DNA of 32,000 nucleotides from Candidatus Bathyarchaeota archaeon (GTDB lineage Archaea; Thermoproteota; Bathyarchaeia; 40CM-2-53-6): NCBI GenBank assembly GCA_963833125.1, contig CAWHWX010000028.1, positions 97,985 to 129,984 of the forward strand, read 5' to 3'. Shown piece by piece: positions 9,201 to 16,493 of this stretch (position 1 is its first letter; each line of letters starts with the position of its first letter). The notes under the pieces were generated by a model. It saw only the letters and a program-made list of their open reading frames with translations, ran no database searches and was not told where the DNA came from. The position numbers and the translations under genes were made by a program.

Positions 9201-9234
9201 GGGCGGGTAGCCTAGCCTGGATAGGGCACAGGCC
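9201..9234 (+). repeat. Truncated copy of the tRNA-Arg(CCG) 5-prime half (att-like direct repeat)
   Basis: The 34 nt gggcgggtagcctagcctggatagggcacaggcc are identical to 12498-12531, which are positions 1-32 of the complete tRNA. Identity ends in the anticodon loop and no matching 3-prime half follows. Confidence 0.9.
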
Positions 9235-10071
9235 AGCAGCTACATCTCGTTTTAATCCTGTAGCTCGGGCGAGGTCGGAACTGAATTCTTTCAGTCATTG
9301 CATCCTCACAGCTCTGCACGTGAAGCTGTGGTTGCTTTGGATTAAAAAATTGTAGAGGTTGTATGGGTTAGGTAAGGTTTCTAAGAAATTTTAATGGAAA
9401 GTTATAGGTTTAGTTGGGTTTCGACCATAACGAATCTGACGCAAGCAAATTAGCATACCAAGTAGGCAGAGGTGTGAGAGCAGCTAGTTGTACTGCATCG
9501 GGTGTGACAATCTCCGCACAATGATGTAATGTACTTCTGGGGTGGGTAGGTTTACACGGTTAACTCGATTTACACTTACGGGAGGCTGTTGGACATTGTA
9601 CTTATAGTGCGGGACTCTTCTACTGGCGTAACTGTGTTCCCCCCGCTCAAAGTGCATCTTTGATCAGGAGTTCCGAGCACATGTCGTGGACATTAATGAC
9701 TATGACTTCAGCATCTACTCTGTTGTAATTTATCCTATAACATCGGTGGATGAGTACAGGTTCTACTTCATGCGCTAGGTCAACTTGCTGACTTTTTGGA
9801 CTTTGATGACTGTCTTTTCCACAAGTTCGGTCGGTGGTATCCAGTGTTCAACTTGATTGTGGGGCAACCCGTGATATGAATATTAGTTGAGGATTACTAC
9901 TAGTATTTTTTATGGTTATAGGGTTTTGGATGAATCGACGTAGAACGAGAAATCGCGAATATGGTTCTCACGGTTCTATCACTTGGAATCGGCCCAACGA
10001 TTAGGTTAATCGTGTACATCGGTGGAACGCTTAAGAGGAATGAATGAGTTCTCTTTCGAGTTTCGGTTGGC

Positions 10072-10527
10072 ATGCAGAAGAAACCCACATTAATCGGTGG
10101 CAGCAATCGCAGTCGTTATTTTAGTTGTCTCGTTGAATATTGGAAACGTCTACGCTGTAACTCTTAACTGAACCAAATCCCGTAAACGAAGGCGTGGATG
10201 TACAGATTTCGGGAACTGGGTGGCCGAGCGGTGTTATCATCGACGTGATTGGTGGCCCAAATCTCTCTGCCTCTTCTGATGGAAGTGGAAACTTCGGTTC
10301 CGTCACGATGACCGACTGGGAGTTTAACGGTGGGAGGATATGATATCTCGGTTACGGATACTGCTAATCCAGCGATTACTCAAGTGGTAACTCTGACGGT
10401 TGACCCCGCAGCCACAACAACAACCACTAGTGCGCCGCTTATCCCCGAATACCCTTACGGTCTAACATTGCTTGCAATCTTATTGGTTATAGGATATGGA
10501 GTAGTTAGGCGTAGAATTAATTACTGA
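10072..10527 (+). pseudogene. Frameshifted secreted protein with IPEYPYG C-terminal sorting tail
   Basis: Three reading frames must be joined to read the gene. These are MQKKPTLIGG, then AIAVVILVVSLNIGNVYAVTLN (signal/TM), then PNPVNEGVDVQISGTGWPSGVIIDV...NGG, then YDISVTDTANPAITQVVTLTVDPAATTTTTSAPLIPEYPYGLTLLAILLVIGYGVVRRRINY. Only the last piece is a called ORF (10330..10527). Confidence 0.6.
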
Positions 10528-10534
10528 ATTATGA

Positions 10535-10551
10535 TTGGGCTTTCAGCCCAA
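10535..10551. terminator. Hairpin between convergent gene ends
   Basis: ttgggc-tttca-gcccaa (6-bp stem) lies in the 30-nt gap between the stops at 10527 (+) and 10558 (-). A related hairpin occurs at 13388-13405. Confidence 0.35.
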
Positions 10552-10557
10552 CCGTTT

Positions 10558-11464
10558 TAGTTGTGGTCGTTTCGGGTTTTGCGTCTGATTACGCCGAATG
10601 CGATTATCATGAGGATTGCTAGGATTGGTAGGCCGAGTGGGTATTCTGGGATTCGGTGGAGAGGTCGTCGTTGTGAGACCCGTCGTTGTTGTGGTTACCG
10701 TTGGAGGGTTGAGTGCTAAACCCGCCTCAGCCCAGAGGACGAAGAGATCATTACTGACTACTGAGTGTTGCAGGGAAAGTAGTAGGCGAAGAGACGCCTG
10801 AAGTAGCATACTCAGCCGCAGAGATACCACCACCGGCCGAAACCAACGTAAACCCGCCCCCATTCGAATAGGTGCATACTTCGAACGAGGTCATCGACAA
10901 CCGGTTGATATCATTCAAAGCAGAAACGCTCCGGTCTGGAATGCGACCGAGCTCGTAGAAAATGAAGTACCAGTATCCGTAGAATTGGTACCCGTACCGA
11001 TGCCCGTTCCTGCCCCCGCAGTCGTCACTCCCGAAACCTCAAAAATGTAAATGGCAACCGCTTCGCCGCACTGGGGAGCACATGAGAGACTAAATGTCGC
11101 AGATACCATATCCGCTCCACTAGAAGCGAGGGTCGCTGTCCAGATAGCCGCCGCACTGCTACTTCCTGTCTGTCCATTAGTTTCCACAACTGCTTGAGAG
11201 TACGATGAAACCAACGAATCACTAACAGATAAACCAAACTCACCGGCAGCATAATCGCAAGCCTACGGCTACCACATCTCCGCTTACAACGTTGCTTGAG
11301 AAAGAAACCGAGATGGTGAAAGGATTAGTGGCGAAGGCGCCTTCATTATTGTTCTGTTGGACTAGGGTTGACGTGGCGTGAACAGGCAACGGCTCCAAAA
11401 CCAACAGAAACATGAAGATAACTACTAGTAGCCCAAGCCCAGCCGTCACACGTTTCAAGAGCAC
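10558..11464 (-). pseudogene. Multiply frameshifted secreted protein with IPEYPLG C-terminal sorting tail
   Basis: The N-terminal signal peptide ORF (11240..11464), the middle ORF (10915..11214) and the C-terminal region are in different frames. The true tail HRIPEYPLGLPILAILMIIAFGVIRRKTRNDHN-stop, ending at 10558, is in a frame different from the called ORF 10543..10863. Confidence 0.6.
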
Positions 11465-11590
11465 AAACCCTACTGCAGAGCTTGATTCCTGAACCTAATA
11501 TGACTTATTTCCGTTCATCAACAGCTACGAGTAGGAACATCAACGTTCCGTTAATGAACTCCGAACCCTGCCTCAATCAACTCGGTTGTT

Positions 11591-12451
11591 CTATTTCCTC
11601 TTCCGGAGGTACCATTCCTCGCCGTCTTGCCCCATCAACTCGAACCCCTCTTCGAGGAGCTTAACCCTGGTAGCTTTGTCAGGTGCTATCTTCACAATGA
11701 AATCGTCGTCCTCTCGGAGTATCAGGGAAACGTACCGCATCGTGTTGTTGATTGACTTGTGGCCGAGAACCTGTTTAACGTGAATGATGTCTCGGGTTCG
11801 ATAGTATTCCATGCTTCCCTTGTAATGTCTCAAGGTGCGGAAGCTGATTAAATTGATTCTCGGATTCCCTAACCTTTTGGTTACTATTCTTCTGCCTCGT
11901 TGAAAGTTGCGGGTGAAGTAGGTTAGATCCCTAATCGAGTCCACGTCGTCTCGGTGAAAGACGAATTTCCTGTCCTTATGGGCGAGGCCCCCTAGTTTCT
12001 GGATTAGAGCCTGGCTAACCTTAACTTGCCTACCGAGGCTACCTTTCTCAGGCGTCAGTGTTACTACTCTCTGCTCGAAATCTACCTGATGCCATTGCAG
12101 TTGCCAGGCTTCGCCACTTCGGGCGCCACAATCCTTGAGCAAGTGAACGAATGTCCCAATCGTCGGGTTGCCTAGCCCGTTGATTAAAGCGTCTACTTCA
12201 TCAGTGTGAGGAATCCAAGGTAAACTTTCAACCTGTTGATAGTAAGGCCGGTTCCACTGTGTTCCGTTGAACCGATAAAACCGGTCTAAAACCTCGCAGA
12301 TATGCTGCTTACCGCCAACATTCCAACTAGCATTACCAATGAATCGCTTGATTGATTCGGGTTCTAGGATTGAAACGTGTTTATCGAGGCGTCTTAGTCT
12401 CTTCACGTCGTTATAGACGGTATGAATTAAGTACCCTTCCTTCGTAGCCAT
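11591..12451 (-). CDS. int: Tyrosine recombinase / site-specific integrase
   Basis: 286 aa. It has ARSGEAWQL (catalytic Arg region), LRHYKGS and LGHKSINNTMRYV (His..Tyr box). The C-terminal EEGFEL...WYLRKRK tail is of a kind I recall from archaeal element integrases. It lies adjacent to the tRNA att repeat. Confidence 0.85.
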   Translation of the reverse strand: MATKEGYLIHTVYNDVKRLRRLDKHVSILEPESIKRFIGNASWNVGGKQHICEVLDRFYRFNGTQWNRPYYQQVESLPWIPHTDEVDALINGLGNPTIGTFVHLLKDCGARSGEAWQLQWHQVDFEQRVVTLTPEKGSLGRQVKVSQALIQKLGGLAHKDRKFVFHRDDVDSIRDLTYFTRNFQRGRRIVTKRLGNPRINLISFRTLRHYKGSMEYYRTRDIIHVKQVLGHKSINNTMRYVSLILREDDDFIVKIAPDKATRVKLLEEGFELMGQDGEEWYLRKRK

Positions 12452-12497
12452 AACCCGTAGTTAATTATCTCAGATTCATGTCTGGATAGCATTCGTT

Positions 12498-12575
12498 GGG
12501 CGGGTAGCCTAGCCTGGATAGGGCACAGGCCTCCGGAGCCTGAGGTCGGGGGTTCGAATCCCTCCCCGCCCGCCA
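12498..12575 (+). tRNA. tRNA-Arg (anticodon CCG), CCA encoded
   Basis: Hand-folded cloverleaf. Acceptor GGGCGGG/CCCGCCC, D-arm GCCT..GGGC, anticodon stem CAGGC/GCCTG with loop CTCCGGA, T-arm GGGGG-TTCGAAT-CCCTC, discriminator G, then CCA. Confidence 0.9.
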
Positions 12576-12868
12576 CACGTTCAACCATAACAAAAATCCC
12601 CGGCTGAACCTGCAATAATGTTAAGCCACTTCGAACGTCACCACCCACCGTGCCGGAAGCTAACAAGGCCGCAGGATTGTGAGATACCTCAAGGATACTA
12701 TCCGATAGCATGGTAGCCAATCGGCCTGAAGATCTTTTCCATTGAAACATTCTAGTAAGCGATAACTCCGCAATGCTCACGTTTACTGTTCCGAGTTGTA
12801 ATCTGATATCGAGAGTCGAACGAGGTCTTATTACCTGCCAAAACATGACCTACTGTCGGGTTCTTTTC

Positions 12869-13381
12869 ATGAGATTTGGAACGGCTTGGGTAAAGTATGC
12901 CTTGCTTGTGGCAACCGTCTTAGCCTTAGCAACACCCATAATCGTTAACGCTAGCCCATGCCCTCCAATTACCATCATAACTGTCCCTGGAACAACAGAG
13001 ACTTTCACTGGAACAATAACAGAGACTTTCACTGTAACAACAACGACAACAGCTACTATCCCTGGAACAACAATTACCGTCAATTACTCAACACTTGCTG
13101 TGACTTCGGGAACCACAGTGACAACTACGACCACGCAGGTCCCTGGGTTGAGCGCCGTCTCCATAATCAGTTCTACTGAAGTAACGTCGAGCACTACAAC
13201 GTGCTCAACGGATACCAATAGTGTCCCTGCAACTTTCGTCGTCTTTGGGCTTACGACAGTGATTATTCTTGGAGTGCCGTTGGCTATTCCTGAATACCCC
13301 TTCGGCCTAGCGGTACTAGCAATTTTCGTGATAATTGCATACGGCGTGATAAGACGCAAGACTCGATACGACTACTCCTAA
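12869..13381 (+). CDS. Thr-rich secreted protein with IPEYPFG C-terminal sorting tail
   Basis: The ATG at 12869 gives the signal peptide MRFGTAWVKYALLVATVLALATPIIVNASP. The body is Thr/Val-rich and includes a 24-nt tandem repeat (12994-13010 and 13018-13034, TETFTGTI/TETFTVTT). The tail is IPEYPFGLAVLAIFVIIAYGVIRRKTRYDYS. Confidence 0.7.
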   Translation: MRFGTAWVKYALLVATVLALATPIIVNASPCPPITIITVPGTTETFTGTITETFTVTTTTTATIPGTTITVNYSTLAVTSGTTVTTTTTQVPGLSAVSIISSTEVTSSTTTCSTDTNSVPATFVVFGLTTVIILGVPLAIPEYPFGLAVLAIFVIIAYGVIRRKTRYDYS

Positions 13382-13387
13382 CTCCGT

Positions 13388-13405
13388 TTGGGCCGAATGG
13401 CCCAA
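13388..13405. terminator. Hairpin between convergent gene ends
   Basis: ttgggcc-gaat-ggcccaa (7-bp stem) lies in the 31-nt gap between the stops at 13381 (+) and 13413 (-). Confidence 0.35.
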
Positions 13406-13412
13406 TTATAAT

Positions 13413-13886
13413 TTAGTAATTAATTCTACGCCTAACTACTCCATATCCTATAACCAATAAGGTTGCTAGCAACGGTAGGCCGTAGGGGTATTCGGGTATA
13501 GGTGGCGCACTGGTTGTTGTGGTTGTAGGTAATTGAGTGAAAGTGGCTCCGATAATAATCGTAAACCCACCGAGAGCTGGCATCACAAGATTACACGGAT
13601 TGCTCGTGGGACCTCCGATACAGGGAACGACGACGTCCCCCGCCATTGACCACGATGAAAACTGCCAACCAACGCTAGGTATGGCAGTCACCGTAATTAT
13701 ATCCCCACCCGCCTCCATGCAACCGCTAGGGCTTGGGCAGTTCGGCGATACAGAACCCGATCCCGCATCGACACGTGTAATCAGAGTATCCGTAGGGGCT
13801 TGGGCGCGTGCTGGCTTTAAGCCAACCAAGATCAGGGTTAAAACCAGAAGAAACAAAACAAAAACATGACTGCTCCGCAAAACCAA
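13413..13886 (-). CDS. Secreted protein with IPEYPYG C-terminal sorting tail
   Basis: 157 aa. The signal peptide is VFVLFLLVLTLILVGLKPARA, followed by a Cys-containing beta-rich domain and a poly-Thr linker. The tail is PPIPEYPYGLPLLATLLVIGYGVVRRRINY. Confidence 0.7.
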   Translation of the reverse strand: MVLRSSHVFVLFLLVLTLILVGLKPARAQAPTDTLITRVDAGSGSVSPNCPSPSGCMEAGGDIITVTAIPSVGWQFSSWSMAGDVVVPCIGGPTSNPCNLVMPALGGFTIIIGATFTQLPTTTTTSAPPIPEYPYGLPLLATLLVIGYGVVRRRINY

Positions 13887-13917
13887 CTAAACCGGACATA
13901 ACCCCTTTCAAAGGCAC

Positions 13918-14448
13918 TTAAGCGTTTGCAGAATTCCCGTCCATGCGAGCGAGATTGAAATTGCAAACAGATCCTGTGTACGACAACGATTGAAGATTTA
14001 GAGGTTGATAGATTGACGTCGAATATACGATGTAGAACACGTCAGACAACGGGTCTAAACCATAGACGCTTTGGACGTTGCTGATTGTCACTTCGAATGA
14101 GTTAGTGTGATTGTCTGGGATAACATAGAATGCCCATGCGGACGAATCCTTTGGATGTATTAGCAGGCGTGCTGTGGCGGAGGTACCGAATGTCCCCTGT
14201 TGACTGCTCGCGAGTGTTGCATTAATTGCTGACAATGTTATGTCTGTTACGAGCGTTGTACTCCCCACGTTGTCAACTGACACTTGGACCATCAACGGTG
14301 GCGTCGGTCCAACGACACCACAATAATCGTAGTTAGCCTGGGTCAGCAATTCATACCTGAGTTGTGGTCTTACCGTCCAACCCCACCCATAGCCGCCTAA
14401 AATGGCAATCAGCACGCCGACAACGATGACTTTCTGGCTATTATTCAT
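13918..14448 (-). CDS. Membrane-anchored hypothetical protein (N-terminal TM helix, beta-rich ectodomain)
   Basis: 176 aa with N-terminal KVIVVGVLIAILGGYGWGW. Its start codon overlaps the upstream EF-Tu-like gene stop by 4 nt (ATGA at 14445-14448). Confidence 0.55.
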   Translation of the reverse strand: MNNSQKVIVVGVLIAILGGYGWGWTVRPQLRYELLTQANYDYCGVVGPTPPLMVQVSVDNVGSTTLVTDITLSAINATLASSQQGTFGTSATARLLIHPKDSSAWAFYVIPDNHTNSFEVTISNVQSVYGLDPLSDVFYIVYSTSIYQPLNLQSLSYTGSVCNFNLARMDGNSANA

Positions 14449-15389
14449 GAATTAACGTTCTCACCGGGTTCAGACCGTTGCTTTACCCATGACGCGTGTT
14501 TTTTTGCGTTAAGGTCCAGGAAAAGCAGTGTCTCTTGAGGGGCGTGAACGATTGGATTAGGTGAGTCAATGACCAGCGAATTGTCAGTTATTTCGGAGAT
14601 GGTTATGGGAGTTGTTTGCATGCCAATAGTTGCGTGAAAGCTGCCTTCTCTGACTCCTTCAGCGTAGAAGGCGCTTTTCTGGAACTTGACTTTCAGTTTC
14701 GGATCGACTTTTACGTCACGAGAGGTTGTGAGGACTGAACCTCTTCCCAATTCATCTATCGTTGCACCTTTTATCGCTAGGCCAACTCTTGTCCCTGCCT
14801 CAGCTGTTTCCCAGTCCTCATCCTGAATCTGTATAGACCGAACGATCACCTCTTTGTTGGCCGGGAGGAGATTGAGTTTGTCATACTTTCTAACGGTCCC
14901 CTGCTTTACGAAGCCAAGTACAACCTCCCCGACGCCTTTGACGCTGAATGAATGATCCACGACGACTACTGGCGGCGCAACATTATCCCGTTTGGGAGTA
15001 AATGCTTTCAGGAGGTCGAGGAGTCGGCCTGGGTTGTTCTGCTCTACCTTGAACGCATTCATTGCCGTGCTTTTTGTTATGGCAGTTATTTGGTCAGGTG
15101 TTGCGTAGGTGGTGGTGATGGAGATTCCTTCCTTGACTCCCATTAGGTCGAGCATTAGAATCGTTTCACCTAATTCTCGTGTCATTTGGGAGAAAACGAC
15201 TACGGCGATGTCGATCGTTGAGATGATTTGGCTCTTTGCTGAAAGTTTGTCGGCTACGGGCGACATCAAGGTGAAGATGTAATCATCCATCTTCCTGTTG
15301 GACATGACAATATCACTCTCGGTCGCCTTCTTTCCTAATTCGCGGTTTAGAGCTTCATCGTGAAATACTCCGACAGTGAGATGATGCAT
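14445..15389 (-). CDS. EF-Tu/EF-1alpha-like protein with degenerate GTPase motifs (EF-Tu domain 2 present)
   Basis: 314 aa. The domain-2 beta-barrel reads PVVVVDHSFSVKGVGEVVLGFVKQGTVRKYDKLNLLP...VRSIQIQDEDWETAEAGTRVGLAIKG. At the G1 position the sequence is VGVFHDEALNRELGKK, with no GxxxxGK[ST]. No DxxG or NKxD motif was recognisable. Confidence 0.7.
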   Translation of the reverse strand: MHHLTVGVFHDEALNRELGKKATESDIVMSNRKMDDYIFTLMSPVADKLSAKSQIISTIDIAVVVFSQMTRELGETILMLDLMGVKEGISITTTYATPDQITAITKSTAMNAFKVEQNNPGRLLDLLKAFTPKRDNVAPPVVVVDHSFSVKGVGEVVLGFVKQGTVRKYDKLNLLPANKEVIVRSIQIQDEDWETAEAGTRVGLAIKGATIDELGRGSVLTTSRDVKVDPKLKVKFQKSAFYAEGVREGSFHATIGMQTTPITISEITDNSLVIDSPNPIVHAPQETLLFLDLNAKKHASWVKQRSEPGENVNS

Positions 15390-15499
15390 ACCGTCAGCAA
15401 CTCGTTTCTACCATATCAACTTCAGGCCAGTGATAGGACCGCTACTGATGCGACAAATGGAATCCTAATACCTGTGACGGGAATAGTCGCCTGAAGATC

Positions 15500-16426
15500 G
15501 TGAAGAGTTTGGATCCAGTCTTAATCGGGGAAAGCGCGGCTGTAGCTACCTCGTTCCTCTGGACAGTGAGCTCGATCTTCTTCACATCAGCTGGCAAGAG
15601 AATGGGTTGGCTCACCGTCAACGCGTATCGAACAGTAATGGCGATCGCCTTCCTCGCGGTCACACACGTGATCCTTCTAGGAACCTTGGTGCCACCTGCC
15701 AATACAGCGCAGTGGTTTTGGATGGGATTGAGCGGAATCGTTGGGTTGAGTATAGGGGATTCAGGGCTATTTGCCGCCTACCTCGCTATTGGTCCCAGGC
15801 GATCGCTTCTGCTGATGGCTTTGGCCCCGATATTTGCCGCGGTCGGGGCCTATCTAATGCTCGGAGAAACCATTCGCTCATTGGCGATCGTTGGCATGGT
15901 AATCACTTTGTTTGGCGTTGTCATAGTGATACTTGAGTCTGAGGAACACTCGGGTGAGGCCAGGATATCGAGCAAGCGAAGGGTTTCGGGTGTATTGTTT
16001 GGGTTGGTTGCAGCCATAGGGCAAGGAATTGGATTGGTACTGGCGAAGAAAGGAATTGACCTGACCAGTAGCGTCCCTTTGAACCCCTTGTCCGCGACAC
16101 TAATGCGCCTCCTCTTCGGGGGGTTGTTTATTTGGATCATAGCTCTAGCCGCGGGAAGAATGCCTCAACTCCTCAAGTCGATGAGAGATCGGGATGGCAT
16201 GTTGAATACAGCTGCCGCCTCTTTTGTCGGTCCGTACCTCGGCATTACATTCTCAATGGTTGCAGTAACATTTACCGAGACCGGGGTAGCGCAGACACTT
16301 CTCTCTCTAATGCCTGTAATGATAATCCCGGTGGTGTGGATCTTGTATCGTCAGCGGACAAGTTTGCGAGGAATAGCGGGCGCGGCCGTGGCAGTGTTAG
16401 GTGTCGCAATCATATTCCTAAGTTGA
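15500..16426 (+). CDS. EamA/DMT-superfamily transporter
   Basis: 308 aa with a GTG start, about 10 hydrophobic helices arranged as two EamA-like halves, and Gly-rich helix ends. Confidence 0.75.
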   Translation: MKSLDPVLIGESAAVATSFLWTVSSIFFTSAGKRMGWLTVNAYRTVMAIAFLAVTHVILLGTLVPPANTAQWFWMGLSGIVGLSIGDSGLFAAYLAIGPRRSLLLMALAPIFAAVGAYLMLGETIRSLAIVGMVITLFGVVIVILESEEHSGEARISSKRRVSGVLFGLVAAIGQGIGLVLAKKGIDLTSSVPLNPLSATLMRLLFGGLFIWIIALAAGRMPQLLKSMRDRDGMLNTAAASFVGPYLGITFSMVAVTFTETGVAQTLLSLMPVMIIPVVWILYRQRTSLRGIAGAAVAVLGVAIIFLS

Positions 16427-16493
16427 AGAAGCTAGTTTTCGTGTAAAAAAGAACCCTTAACTATCCTTTTGCTGGGTTGCGGCTCGGTATGTT

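Larger units (their letters stand above)
9201..12531. mobile_element. Decayed integrated element at tRNA-Arg (integrase plus pseudogenes, bounded by 34-nt direct repeats)
   Basis: Perfect direct repeats at 9201-9234 and 12498-12531. An intact tyrosine recombinase starts 46 nt from the complete tRNA. The remaining cargo is ORF-poor or frameshifted. Confidence 0.7.

Noticed and set aside
9201-9300. The orphan tRNA 5-prime half as an intron-containing or split tRNA gene.
   Set aside because: Within the following several hundred nt there is no GCCTG anticodon-stem partner, no T-arm (GGGGGTTCGAATCCCTC-like) and no CCCGCCC acceptor 3-prime strand. The perfect repeat plus the adjacent integrase favours an att remnant.
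10543-10863. Called 106-aa minus-strand ORF as a genuine gene.
   Set aside because: Its C-terminal 30 codons are an out-of-frame reading of a clear IPEYPLG-TM-basic sorting tail, and the N-terminal part is Leu/Arg-rich nonsense. I treat it as part of the frameshifted pseudogene 10558..11464.
11591-12451. The tyrosine recombinase as the chromosomal XerA dimer-resolution enzyme.
   Set aside because: Its size is compatible. However, its position 46 nt from a tRNA that carries a duplicated half-site, together with decayed cargo genes, points to an element integrase. This cannot be fully excluded without phylogeny.
12427-12846. 139-aa minus-strand ORF overlapping the tRNA-Arg gene.
   Set aside because: It spans the whole tRNA on the opposite strand, and part of its translation (GGEGFEPPTSGSGG) is simply the tRNA read backwards. 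It is spurious.
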